Below are positions 1-9,899 of a stretch of 64,000 nt of DNA, piece by piece (the first letter of the stretch is position 1; each line of letters begins with the position of its first letter). The DNA is from Anaeromyxobacteraceae bacterium (lineage in GTDB: Bacteria; Myxococcota; Myxococcia; Myxococcales; Anaeromyxobacteraceae). The stretch spans positions 3,200,001 through 3,264,000 of the forward strand of contig JASGHJ010000002.1 of NCBI GenBank assembly GCA_047602405.1. The letters run 5' to 3'. The position numbers were made by a program, and so were the translations under genes. The notes under the pieces are model-generated. The model was not told the DNA's origin, searched no databases, and saw only the letters and a program-made list of their open reading frames with translations.

Positions 1-1
1 G

Positions 2-973
2 CGGCTCGCGCGCGACGTGGAGCTGAACCAATCGCTCCTCGTGCTCGTCCTCGCCCGGGTGGAGGAGCTGCGGGTCGTCAAGGCCGGGGCCTCCGGCAAC
101 GCACGCGTCGTGGACGCCCCCACCGTCCCCCTCGCACCGGCGACGCCCCAGCCGCTGCCGGTGCTGGCGTGCGCGCTCCTGGTCGGCCTCGCGGGCGGCC
201 GCCTCGCCGCCTCCGCCTGGAGCGATCTCGACGATCGGGATCTCACCCCCGAACGCCTCGAGGCGCGGACCGGGCTGTCGTTCTACGGCCGCGTCCCTCG
301 CAGCGCCGGGAAGGCGCGGACCGGAGCCCCGGTGCTGGCCCTCTCCCACCCCGGCGATCCGGCCGTGGACGCCCTGCGCGCGGTGGCGTCCGGCGTGCGG
401 TTCGCGCTCGCGGAGGCGCCCGCGCGCGTGGTGCTCGTCACCGGCCCGCGGCCCGGGCAGGGGAAGTCCTTCGTCGCCGCCAACCTCGCCGCGCTCCTCG
501 CCGCGCACGGGCAGCGCGTGCTCCTCGTGGACGCGGACCTGAGGCGCGGGGTCCTGCACCGGAGCTTCCGGCTCGACCGGCGGCCGGGGCTCGCCGAGGT
601 GCTGGCGGGCGAGCTCGCCCTCGCGGACGCCGCGCGACCGGGCGGACGGCCCGGGCTCTCGCTCCTCGCGACCGGGCGGCTCCCCTCGAACCCGGCCGAG
701 CTGCTCGGGGGCGAGCGGCTCGGCGCCGTGCTCGACGAGGCGGCGGCGGACCACGACGTGATCGTGCTCGACGCGCCGCCGGCGCTCGCGGTGACGGACG
801 CCGCGCTCGCGGCGCGGCGCGCGGGGGTGGTGCTCCTCGTCGTCCACGAGGGCCGCACCTCGATCCGCGAGGTGGACGCCTCGCTGCGGGTCCTCGCGCG
901 GGCCGGCGTGCGCGTGAACGGGGCGGTCCTGAACGGCGCCACCGCGCGGGCGGCGGGACGGACCGGAGGGTGA
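2..973 (+). CDS. Wzc/CpsD-CapB family polysaccharide co-polymerase/BY-kinase, 5'-truncated by window edge
   Basis: Frame open from base 2; GNARVVDAP then a TM segment; Walker A GPRPGQGKS, LLVDADLRR, Walker B VIVLDAPP. Confidence 0.85.
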   Translation, partial: RLARDVELNQSLLVLVLARVEELRVVKAGASGNARVVDAPTVPLAPATPQPLPVLACALLVGLAGGRLAASAWSDLDDRDLTPERLEARTGLSFYGRVPRSAGKARTGAPVLALSHPGDPAVDALRAVASGVRFALAEAPARVVLVTGPRPGQGKSFVAANLAALLAAHGQRVLLVDADLRRGVLHRSFRLDRRPGLAEVLAGELALADAARPGGRPGLSLLATGRLPSNPAELLGGERLGAVLDEAAADHDVIVLDAPPALAVTDAALAARRAGVVLLVVHEGRTSIREVDASLRVLARAGVRVNGAVLNGATARAAGRTGG

Positions 974-976
974 GCG

Positions 977-2071
977 CTACCGGCGCCGGGCGACGTCGTA
1001 CGTGATGGCCGCCTGGTAGAGCGTCTGCACGGTGGGCAGGAGCAGGTTCAGCACGCGGTTCCAGCGCGCGAGCTCGTACGTCGCCACGAAGACGACGTCC
1101 CGCGGCTCGAGCGGGAACTGGGTGGCGAGCAGGAGCGCGTCGGCGGACCCCGCGTCGAGCCGGAAGATGGAGGGGGCGGCGAAGTCGCCCCGGATGACGT
1201 AGATGCGCGCCACGTTCGCGGTGGAGGGATCGATCCCGTCCGCGTCGCCGATCGCCTCGGCGAGCGTCATCCGGCGCTTCACCATCAGCTTCGCCTGCTG
1301 GCGCCGCACCTCGCCCAGCACGAAGACCCGGTTCGGGTTCCGGTCCGGCACGTGCAGCACGTCGCCGTCGCGGAGCACCCAGTTCTGCGAGAGGTCGCCC
1401 TCCTCGTAGAGCGCCTGCAGGTCGAGGTGGTGCACCCGCCCCGCCCGCGTGAGCGTCACGCCGGACGGGTCCGCCTCGGGGGAGAACCCGTGGGCGGCCG
1501 CGATCGCGTCCTGGACCGTGAGCGGCACGTCGGTGATGGCGACCGGGATGGGCTGGACGACCTCGCCGGCGACCTGCACGCGCTTGCCGCGGAACGCGGC
1601 GACCCTCACGTCGAGCTGCGGGCTCTTGATCACGGACTCGAGCCGGTCCGTGAGCAACCTGCGGATCTCGGCCACCGTCCTCCCGGCGACCGGGAGCACC
1701 CCGACGTGCGGGTAGAACATGGTCCCGTCGGCCAGCACCGGGTTGCCGTTCTCCTCGGGCGAGCGGAACTGCCCGGTCGGGACGGTCAGCTCCGGGTGAT
1801 CCCAGACGGTGACCTGGAGCACGTCGTGGGGCGCCACCGTGTAGGCGCCGCCGGCCGGCTCCGCCGGCGCCCGCTCCCGGGGCCCCGCGGTGCGTTGCCG
1901 GACGAGGCGCGAGACGATCGCGGGGGTGATGGGCTCGACGACCGGCTCGGCCCTGGACGCCGCGCGGCCACGGGCGCTGGCGGCGTCCTCGTCCACGACC
2001 ATGCCGGGCGCGAGGGCGCACCCGGAGGAGACGAGCGCGGTGAGGACCGCGACCCAGGCTCGACGCGTCAC
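977..2071 (-). CDS. wza: Polysaccharide export lipoprotein (OPX/Wza family)
   Basis: GTG 2071, lipobox-like VSSGC, YTVAPHDVLQVTVWDHPEL, DGTMFYPHVG, SLBB-like repeats, C-terminal RWNRVLNLLLP helix. Confidence 0.88.
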   Translation of the reverse strand: MTRRAWVAVLTALVSSGCALAPGMVVDEDAASARGRAASRAEPVVEPITPAIVSRLVRQRTAGPRERAPAEPAGGAYTVAPHDVLQVTVWDHPELTVPTGQFRSPEENGNPVLADGTMFYPHVGVLPVAGRTVAEIRRLLTDRLESVIKSPQLDVRVAAFRGKRVQVAGEVVQPIPVAITDVPLTVQDAIAAAHGFSPEADPSGVTLTRAGRVHHLDLQALYEEGDLSQNWVLRDGDVLHVPDRNPNRVFVLGEVRRQQAKLMVKRRMTLAEAIGDADGIDPSTANVARIYVIRGDFAAPSIFRLDAGSADALLLATQFPLEPRDVVFVATYELARWNRVLNLLLPTVQTLYQAAITYDVARRR

Positions 2072-2178
2072 GCTCGGTGATGATGCGCACGGCCCCGCCA
2101 CGGGCCAGCGGCCCCGGGGTCGTCCCGTTGGGTGCGCAGGCGGATCCCCCCTCGGCCCCGGGCTAGACTCCTTTTCCC

Positions 2179-2568
2179 ATGGCCATCCACATCGTCCGCC
2201 TCGGCTCACCGCGCGCTCCCGGCGAGGGCCTGCGCATCGGCACCGTGCGCCGGCCCCCCCGCGGCGTCCCGGCGTCCCGCTTCGCGTCCGACGACTGGTA
2301 CGACGTCTGGTACCCGGACCTCTCGCCGGGCGCCGAGACCGTGAAGCTCGCCCGGGGCGCCACGACCGAGAAGGCCTGGGCGGCCTTCGCCCGGCGGTAC
2401 CGCGCGGAGATGGCGAGGCCCGGGCCCTCACGCACGCTCGCCCTCCTCGCCGCGCTCTCGCACACCGCGGACTTCTCGGTGGGCTGCTACTGCGAGGACG
2501 AGGCGCGCTGCCACCGCTCCCTCCTGCGCGGGCTGCTGCTCGAGCGCGCCGCAAGGGTCGCCGGCTGA
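2179..2568 (+). CDS. DUF488/YeaO-like protein
   Basis: GLRIGTVRRPPRGV, RYRAEM, C-terminal GCYCEDEARCHRSLL. Confidence 0.8.
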   Translation: MAIHIVRLGSPRAPGEGLRIGTVRRPPRGVPASRFASDDWYDVWYPDLSPGAETVKLARGATTEKAWAAFARRYRAEMARPGPSRTLALLAALSHTADFSVGCYCEDEARCHRSLLRGLLLERAARVAG

Positions 2569-2720
2569 GCCCGTCCGCGCCTCGCGCGCCTCGCCGCGCG
2601 CCATCCCGCACACTCCCGAAGGGCTGCGTCGGTTCGCCCGATGCGCTGACCTGGCGCTCACCCCCGGTCGCAGCGGGGTGGTACACGGAGTGTACACCGC
2701 GGGTCATTGGAGGGGACCTC

Positions 2721-3173
2721 ATGAGCCGATACACCGAACTCGACACCGCCATCTGCGAGAAGGACCTCGAGCAGGGCGAGGAGACCGACGTGGCGCGGAC
2801 CTTCGCCATGCGCCTCGTCTCGCAGTTCGTGAAGCACCTCGGCGCGCCCGACACCGCGGTGCGCCTCCTGCCCGCGGAGGAGGTCCTGAAGGGCGGCCAC
2901 GCGGCGCACACCATCGGCGAGGCCGTGGAGCGGACGTCCGACGGCTTCACGGTCGGGCTCGAGATCGACCTGCCCCGCTACGTGACCGGCGTGCGCGTGC
3001 GGATGAAGCCGGCGGGCCAGGGCTGGAGGGTGAGCGTGGACGACACGCCGATCCGCGAGCTCCTCCAGCCGAATGGCGAGTGGGACGCCTTCGTCCACGA
3101 GGTGACCGACCACCTGCGCCAGGCGGTGCTCCAGCACGCTCCCCCGGAGCGGGTCGTGTTCCGCTCGAGGTGA
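2721..3173 (+). CDS. Hypothetical protein (150 aa)
   Basis: ATG after GGAGG; normal composition, GC3-biased frame. Confidence 0.7.
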   Translation: MSRYTELDTAICEKDLEQGEETDVARTFAMRLVSQFVKHLGAPDTAVRLLPAEEVLKGGHAAHTIGEAVERTSDGFTVGLEIDLPRYVTGVRVRMKPAGQGWRVSVDDTPIRELLQPNGEWDAFVHEVTDHLRQAVLQHAPPERVVFRSR

Positions 3174-3236
3174 GCCGTCCGGGTCCCGGACGTGTTCGGC
3201 CCTGACCCCGGGGCCCGCTACCGCTATGCTGTGCCC

Positions 3237-3836
3237 GTGATCGCCTGGGACGAGCGGTTCTCGAAGGACGGATACCTCTACGGCACGCAGCCCAACCGCT
3301 GGCTCGAGGCGCAGGCGGCGCGCCTCGCCCCGGGCGGCCGCGTGCTCTGCCTCGGAGAGGGCGAGGGCCGGAACGCGGTCTACCTCGCGGGCCGGGGACA
3401 CCGGGTCGACGCGGTGGATTCCTCCCCGGTCGGCCTCGCGAAGGCCCGCGCGCTCGCGGAGGATCACCGGGTGACCATCGCGACCACGGTCGCGGACCTC
3501 GCCGTGCACGAGCCGGACGAGCGGGCCTACGACACGGTCGTCCTCGTGTACGTCCACCTCCCGCCCACCCTCCGCCCGGCCGTGCATGCGCGCGCCGCCG
3601 CGGCGCTCAGGAAGGGCGGCCTCCTCGTGCTCGAGGCCTTCACGCCGGCCCAGCTCGCCTTCACGAGCGGCGGCCCGAAGCAGCCGGACTGGCTCTTCAC
3701 GGCCGCCATGCTGCGCGAGGACTTCCCCGGCCTCGCCTGGGATCCGCTCCTCGAGGAGGAGCTCGAGCTCGACGAGGGCCCCGGTCACCGGGGCCGCGCC
3801 GCGATCGTGCGCGGGGTGGGGCGTCGGGTCGCCTGA
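3237..3836 (+). CDS. Class I SAM-dependent methyltransferase (TehB-like)
   Basis: WDERF..YLYGTQPN, VLCLGEGEGRNAVYLA, SGGP. Confidence 0.88.
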   Translation: MIAWDERFSKDGYLYGTQPNRWLEAQAARLAPGGRVLCLGEGEGRNAVYLAGRGHRVDAVDSSPVGLAKARALAEDHRVTIATTVADLAVHEPDERAYDTVVLVYVHLPPTLRPAVHARAAAALRKGGLLVLEAFTPAQLAFTSGGPKQPDWLFTAAMLREDFPGLAWDPLLEEELELDEGPGHRGRAAIVRGVGRRVA

Positions 3837-3837
3837 C

Positions 3838-4533
3838 ATGCGCCCGCTCCGTCCCCCCGCCCCCATCGACGCCGTCCTCTTCGACCTCCACGCCACGCTC
3901 GTGGACCCGGGCGACGCGCGCCGCTGGCTCGAGCTCGGCTGGGCGCGCCTCGGCGGGGCCGGACCCGCGCGCGAGGGGCTCGGCGCGGACCGGTACGCCG
4001 CCCTCGCCGGGTGGCTCGACCGCATCTGGGAGCACGCCACGGTGGTCGACCCGCGCGCCGAGCGCGACCTCTCGCCCGTGCGCCACCGCGAGGTGTACGA
4101 CGCCACCGTCGCGCGGGCCCCCGGGCTCGAGCCCGCGCTCGCCGCCGCGCTCTACGAGACGCTGCTCGAGACCTGGGTGCCCTACGAGGACACCCTCCCC
4201 GTGCTCCGGGCGCTCCGCGCGCGCGGGAAGCGCATCGGCCTCATCTCGAACGTGGGCTGCGACGTGCGCGGCGTGATCGACCGCGGCGGGATGGCGCCGC
4301 TCCTCGACGCGGTGGTGCTCTCGTTCGAGGTCGGGGCGGTGAAGCCCTCGGCGGCGATCTTCGAGCGCGCGCTCGCGCTCCTCGGCACCCCGCCCGAGCG
4401 GACCCTCATGGTCGGCGACAGCGCCCACGACGACGCCGGCGCGGCCCTCCTCGGCGCGCCGACCCTGATCCTCCCGCGCACGTCGGGGCGCGTGCACGGG
4501 CTCGAGGCGGTCCTCCGGCTCGTGGGGCCGTAG
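3838..4533 (+). CDS. HAD-superfamily hydrolase
   Basis: VLFDLHATL, LISN, KPSAAIF, MVGDSAHDDAG. Confidence 0.85.
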   Translation: MRPLRPPAPIDAVLFDLHATLVDPGDARRWLELGWARLGGAGPAREGLGADRYAALAGWLDRIWEHATVVDPRAERDLSPVRHREVYDATVARAPGLEPALAAALYETLLETWVPYEDTLPVLRALRARGKRIGLISNVGCDVRGVIDRGGMAPLLDAVVLSFEVGAVKPSAAIFERALALLGTPPERTLMVGDSAHDDAGAALLGAPTLILPRTSGRVHGLEAVLRLVGP

Positions 4534-4590
4534 GCGAGACGCCCCTCCTCGGCGGCGGCGCGCGGCGCCGGAACGCCCTAGCATCCGCGC

Positions 4591-5502
4591 GTGCGCACCC
4601 TGCTCCCGCTGCTCGCCCTCCTCGCCGCGCTCCCCGCCCGGGCGCAGACCGTGGCGGTCACGTTCGACGACGGCCCGAAGCTCCAGGAGACCGCGCTCCT
4701 CTCGCCCGCGGAGCGCAACCAGCGGCTCCTCGACCAGCTCGCGAAGGCGAAGGTGAAGGCGGCGCTCTTCGTCACGCTGCACAACGGCGCGGACCGGCCG
4801 GACGGGCTCGCGCTCCTGCGCGCCTGGGGCGAGGCCGGCCACGTGGTCGGCAACCACACGGTCACGCACCTCGACCTCGACGCCGAAGGCACGACCCTCG
4901 CCGCCTACGAGGCGGAGATCCTCGCCTGCGACGAGGTCATCAGGAGGGTGCCCGGCTACCGGCCGTGGCACCGCTTCACCTTCCTGCGCGAGGGCAACAC
5001 GCCGGAGAAGCGCGAGGGCATCCGGGCGTTCCTCGCCGGGCACCGCATGCGGAACGCCCGGGTCACGCTCGACACGAGCGACTGGCGGCTCGACCAGAAG
5101 CTCGCCGAGATCCTCGCGAAGGATCCGCGCGCGGACCTCTCCGCGCTGAAGGCCGTCTACCTCGGCCACCTGCGCCAGCGCGCGACGGCCTACCGCGAGC
5201 TCTCCCGGCGCCTGCTCGGGCGCGACGTCGCCCAGGTCCTGCTCCTGCACCACAGCCTGCTGAACGCCCTCTTCCTCTCCGACGTCCTCGCGCAGTTCCG
5301 CGCCGACGGCTGGACGTTCGTCACGCCGGAGGCCGCGTACGCGGATCCGATCTACCGGCTCGAGCCCGACCGGCTGGTCCCCGGCCAGAGCCTCCTCGTC
5401 TCGATCGCCCGCTCGCGCGGGGTGGGCAGGACACCCGAGCTCCTGCGGCTCCTCGACGACGCCGACGCCGAGATCGCCGAGCTCGCGAAGCTGGGCTACT
5501 GA
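4591..5502 (+). CDS. Secreted polysaccharide deacetylase (CE4/NodB)
   Basis: Signal peptide; TFDDGP, GNHTVTH, LLLHH. Confidence 0.87.
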   Translation: MRTLLPLLALLAALPARAQTVAVTFDDGPKLQETALLSPAERNQRLLDQLAKAKVKAALFVTLHNGADRPDGLALLRAWGEAGHVVGNHTVTHLDLDAEGTTLAAYEAEILACDEVIRRVPGYRPWHRFTFLREGNTPEKREGIRAFLAGHRMRNARVTLDTSDWRLDQKLAEILAKDPRADLSALKAVYLGHLRQRATAYRELSRRLLGRDVAQVLLLHHSLLNALFLSDVLAQFRADGWTFVTPEAAYADPIYRLEPDRLVPGQSLLVSIARSRGVGRTPELLRLLDDADAEIAELAKLGY

Positions 5503-5589
5503 CCCGCGCCGTGGGCGCCGCGGTCCCGCCCCCCGGCCGCGCCGGGGTGACGTGCCCAACCTTCTCGTCTCTCTTGACGAGGAGGCGGC

Positions 5590-6795
5590 ATGAAGGCGGT
5601 GGTCTGGAAGGGGCCGGGCAAGGTCTCGGTCGACGACGTGGACGACCCGCGCATCGAGAGCGCGACCGACGTCCTCGTCCGCATCAGCACGGCGGGGATC
5701 TGCGGGAGCGACCTCCACATGTACGAGGGGCGCACCGCGGCGAAGCCCGGCACGGTGATGGGACACGAGAACATGGGCGTCATCGAGGAGGTGGGGCCCG
5801 CGGTGCGCCAGCTCGCGAAGGGCGACCGGGTGGTCCTCCCGTTCAACGTCTCGTGCGGCACCTGCTTCAACTGCTCCCGGGGCTACACGAACGCGTGCCT
5901 GGTCGCGAACGACGAGGCCGCCGGCGCCGCGTACGGCTACGTGGGCATGGGCCCCTACCGCGGCGGGCAGGCCGAGATCCTGCGCGTGCCGTGGGGCGAG
6001 GCGAACTGCATCAAGCTGCCGGGCACCCCGGGCGACGAGCTCGAGGACGACTTCCTGCTCCTCTCCGACATCTTCCCGACCGGCTACCACGCCGCGGTGA
6101 TGGCGAACGTGCAGCCGGGCTCGACCGTCGCGATCTACGGCGCGGGGCCGGTGGGGCTCCTCGCCGCCTACAGCGCCATCCTGCGCGGCGCGGCCGAGGT
6201 CTACGTGGTGGACGCCATCCCCGAGCGGCTCGAGAAGGCGCAGGCGATTGGCGCCATCCCGGTCGACTTCAAGAAGGGGAAGGCCGCTGAGCAGATCCGG
6301 AGCATGCGCCTCAGGAACCCGCTCGTGCGCGGCGCCATGCGCGCCGGCGAGGAGAAGATGGCGGGCGTCATGTGCGGGATCGACGCCGTCGGCTACCAGG
6401 CGAAGGACCCGGAGGATCCGGGCGAGGAGTCGCACACCTCGATCACCGAGGAGCTCGTCGAGCTCGTGAACCCGACGGGCGCCCTGGGCGTCATCGGCGT
6501 CTTCCTGCCCCAGGATCCGGGCGGCAAGGACGCCGCGGCGAAGCGGGGGGCCTACACGCTGCCCTGGGGCATGATCTGGCAGAAGGGGTTGCAGATCGGC
6601 ACCGGCCAGACGCCGGTCCGGCACCACAGCCTCCTGCTCCGCGACCTCATCATCGCCGGGAGGGCGCGCCCGAGCTTCATCGTCTCGCGCCACATCGGCC
6701 TCGCCGACGCGCCCGATGCGTACCGGCGCTTCGACCGGCGGGAGCCCGGCCACACGAAGGTGCTGATCCGGCCGTCCATGCAGGCGGGGGCGTAG
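5590..6795 (+). CDS. Zn-dependent dehydrogenase, glutathione-independent formaldehyde dehydrogenase-like
   Basis: GICGSDLH, GHE, CGTCFNC..C, SDIFPTG, GAGPVG; GGAGG RBS. Confidence 0.9.
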   Translation: MKAVVWKGPGKVSVDDVDDPRIESATDVLVRISTAGICGSDLHMYEGRTAAKPGTVMGHENMGVIEEVGPAVRQLAKGDRVVLPFNVSCGTCFNCSRGYTNACLVANDEAAGAAYGYVGMGPYRGGQAEILRVPWGEANCIKLPGTPGDELEDDFLLLSDIFPTGYHAAVMANVQPGSTVAIYGAGPVGLLAAYSAILRGAAEVYVVDAIPERLEKAQAIGAIPVDFKKGKAAEQIRSMRLRNPLVRGAMRAGEEKMAGVMCGIDAVGYQAKDPEDPGEESHTSITEELVELVNPTGALGVIGVFLPQDPGGKDAAAKRGAYTLPWGMIWQKGLQIGTGQTPVRHHSLLLRDLIIAGRARPSFIVSRHIGLADAPDAYRRFDRREPGHTKVLIRPSMQAGA

Positions 6796-6807
6796 CCCCT
6801 CGTCTCC

Positions 6808-6826
6808 GGCGCCGCTGCGCGGCGCC
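6808..6826. terminator. GC hairpin between convergent genes, possible bidirectional terminator
   Basis: GGCGCCGC-TGC-GCGGCGCC perfect 8-bp stem; no U-tract. Confidence 0.4.
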
Positions 6827-6849
6827 TACGCTGCTTCGAAATGCCGGGG

Positions 6850-8113
6850 TTAGGAGGTGACCGCCTCGGGTGTCTGTGAGGTGACGGTCACGCTATAGCC
6901 GAGGCGCTCAAGGCGGCGAACGAGGTTCTTGGCGACGCGCTTTTCGTCGACCCGGTCGAGGTAGGTGTCCCCGAGGTCCTCGTACGGCACGTGTTTCGTG
7001 AGGATTCTCATAGGCGGCGTTGAGGATCTTGTGGGCGATGGCGAAGGTGGCTCGCTTGTGTCCTCGGCGGGCCTTGAGGCGGAAGTACTTGTCTCGCAGG
7101 TAGGTCTTCTTGGTGCGGATGGCTGCGCCGGCAGCCTCGACCAGGGTCGACCGGAGGTGAACGTTCCCCTTCCGCGAACGCCCGGAGCGCCGCTTCCCGG
7201 CCGATTCGTCGTTCCCGGGGCAGACGCCAGCCCAACTCGCCAGGTGGCGCGGGCCGCCGAAGACGGACATGTCGGGGCCGATCTCAGCGAGAAGTGACGC
7301 GCTGGTCTGGACCTTCACGCCCGGGATCGTCGAAAGCAGCTTGACCTGCTCGCGATAGGGCTCGAGTCGGCGCTCGATCTCCCTCTCTAGCGTGTCGACG
7401 TCGCGGTCAGCAGCGTCGAGCCGGTCGAGCTGTAGCCGCAACATGTACCGGTGGTGGTCGCGGAGCCGGCCGTCGAGGGCGGCCTCGAGCTCGGGGATCT
7501 TCTTACGTAGGAGCCCTTCGGCGAGCTTCGCGAGGTTGCGCGGGTCGGATTCGCCATCGGCCATCGCTCGCAGCATCGCCATGCCAGACTTGCCAGACTT
7601 GCCAAAGACATCCGAGGCAACGCTTGCGAGCTTCACGTTCGCGGTCTCGAGGACCTTCTGTAGTCGATTGCGCTCGGACGTCCGGGCCTGGACGACCGAG
7701 CGTCGGTACCGAACGAGGTCCCGTAGGTCGCGAAGGTAGAGCGGCGGCACGTAGCTCTTGCGGATCAGCCCCATCCTCACGAGTCGGGCGATCCACTCCG
7801 AGTCCTTCACGTCCGTCTTGCGGCCTGGGACGTTCTTCATGTGCTGCGCGTTGCCAACGACGAGCTCGAGCTCGCCCGCCGACTCCAGCACCGCGTAAAC
7901 GGGCTTCCAGTAGACGCCCGTGCTCTCCATGGCCACGTGCGTGACGTGCTCCTCGCGCAGCCACTCCACGAGCGCCAGCAAGTCGCGCGTGAACGTCGAG
8001 AACTCCCTCACGCACTTGCGCAGCCTGGAGCCCTCTCCCAGCAGCACGCAGGCCGTCACTTGCTCCTTGTGAACGTCGAGTCCACAGACCCGATCGACAA
8101 CGATTCCTTCCAT
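6850..8113 (-). CDS. IS110 transposase/recombinase, +1 frameshift near 7005
   Basis: CGLDVHK, AMESTG, GRKTDVKD (DEDD), TIPGV, GNDESAGK; corrected C-terminus ILTKHVPYEDLGDTYLD...RLERLGYSV ends at TAA 6850-6852. Confidence 0.93.
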
Positions 8114-8119
8114 GACCAC

Positions 8120-8395
8120 CTCCGGGGAAGGAGGCGGTCGCTGCGCCGCGGGGTAGCTTCTAGGACACTGCTTCACGCCCTTCCCAGGCATGCATCTGCC
8201 CAGGTACGGCACACCGTGGTACCCATTCGCAGCGCGGGCCGGTCTCGGGGACGGGGTTCCTGGCAGGACCGCCGAACGTAGCAACGGCCTTCTGAGCGAC
8301 CACCTCCGAGGTCGATCGCTACACCGGGACCGCCCGCGCGCTCAACCAACGGCAGGCATTTCATGCCCCCCGGTGGACGTGTCCGTCCATGAGGT
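8120..8395 (-). ncRNA. Putative bridge RNA in the long non-coding end of the IS110 (limits approximate)
   Basis: ~280-nt non-coding end with segments matching both element junctions (8241-8250, 8165-8174) and short hairpins. Confidence 0.6.
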
Positions 8396-9820
8396 CTCGG
8401 GGCGAACGGGCCTCGTCGAACGCCTTCGCGAGCCGCGCGACGCCCTCCGCGATCCGGCCGGCCGGCACGAGCCCGAACCCGAGCGCCAGGCCGGGCGGGC
8501 CGGCGCGCAGCCGGTAGCGGGCGAGCGGCTCCACGCGGACCCCGCGCGCGAGCGCCCGGCGGGCGATCGCGCGGGCGTCGGCGCGCCGGTCGCGCACGAG
8601 CACGCCCACGTGGAGCCCGGCGGCCGAGGGCAGGACCTCGACCCGGTCGCCGAGCTCCCGCGCGAGGGCCTCGAGGAGCCGGGCGCGCCGTGCGGCGTAG
8701 GTGCGGAGCACGCGACGGACGTGGCGCGCGAGGTGCCCGTCGGCGACGAGCTCGGCGAGGGCGCGCTGCACGTCGGTCGGGCCGTGCGCGTCGGCGAGCG
8801 CGCGCGCCGCCCGGAGCGCCGGCTGGAGCGGCGCGGGTGCGACGAGGTACCCGACCCGGAGCGACGGGAGCAGCACCTTCGAGAGCGTGCCCACGTACAG
8901 CACCCGCCCGGCGCGATCGAGCCCTGCAGCGTGTCGAGCGGCCGGCCCTCGAAGCGGAACTCGCTGTCGTAGTCGTCCTCGAGGATCGCCGCGCGCTCGC
9001 GCGCCGCCCAGGCGAGGAGCGCGAGCCGGCGCCCGAGCGACATGGGGACGCCGAGCGGGAACTGGTGCGAGGGGGTGACGTGCACGAGGCGCGCGCCCCG
9101 CGGGAGCGCCTCCACGACGAGCCCCTCCCGGTCGACCTTCACCGGCACCACGCGCGCGCCCATGGCGCGGAAGGCCTCGCGCGCCGGCGGGAAACCCGGC
9201 TCCTCGACCGCGACCACGTCGCCGGGCCGCACGAGCACGCGCCCGGCGAGGTCGAACGCCTGCTGCGCGCCCGCGGTCACGAGCACGTCGTCCGCGCCCG
9301 CCCGCACGCCGCGCGCCCGCCCGAGGTGCGCCGCGAGGGCCTCGCGGAGCGCGGGCTCGCCCTCCGGCGCGGCGTAGCCCCCGCGCGCCCCGCGGCCGCG
9401 GAGCCGCCGCGCGACGAGCCCCCGCCACAGGTCCCAGGGGAAGAGCGCCGGGTCCGGCGAGCCGGTCTGGAAGTCGTAGGGCGCCGCCGCCTCCGGCGGG
9501 CGGAGCACGAGCGCGCGCGCCCAGGGCCCGCGCGGCGCGAGCGGCGACGCCCGCGGCGCCCGGCGCGTCCCCGCCGCCTCGACGCCGGCCGCGACCACCG
9601 TCCCGCCGCCGGCGCGCCCCTCGAGGAAGCCCTCCGCGACGAGCGCCTCGTAGGCGGAGAGGAGCGTGTTGCGGGACACCCCGAGGCGCGCCGCGAGCGC
9701 GCGGGTCGAGGGCAGCCGCTCCCCGGCGCGCAGGCGTCCGTCGAGGATGGCCTCGCGGAGCCCGTCGTAGGCGTCGCGGGCGAGCCGGCCGGGCCCGCGG
9801 AGGGCGAGGTGGAGCTCCAT
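8361..9820 (-). CDS. MocR/GabR (GntR HTH + PLP aminotransferase-like) regulator, -1 frameshift near 8921, 3' end altered by IS
   Basis: LPSTRALAARLGVSRNT, VTPSHQFPLG, ILEDDYDSEF, then VLYVGTLSKVLLPSLRVGY in another frame. Confidence 0.9.
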
Positions 9821-9899
9821 GGCCGCGACGGTAATGGATCCATGAGCTTTCTGGAACTTGGACCTGTGAGGGAGCCATCCGGGATCGTATCCCTGCCGC

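Larger units (their letters stand above)
6831..8397 (-). mobile_element. IS110-family insertion sequence with duplicated CT core
   Basis: Lower GC; transposase; CT at 6831-6832 and 8396-8397; inverted 8-mer GAAATGCC (6838-6845)/GGCATTTC (8355-8362); removal restores the MocR stop. Confidence 0.8.

Noticed and set aside
6990..7020. Programmed frameshift in the IS110 transposase
   Set aside because: No slippery run; same GATTCT lesion as in unrelated genes
6802..8398. GTCTC direct repeat (6802-6806, 8394-8398), each 31 nt from the inverted 8-mer, as IS ends
   Set aside because: Its empty site gives no nearby MocR stop, whereas the CT-core model restores the stop and matches the internal guide-like segments; not fully excluded
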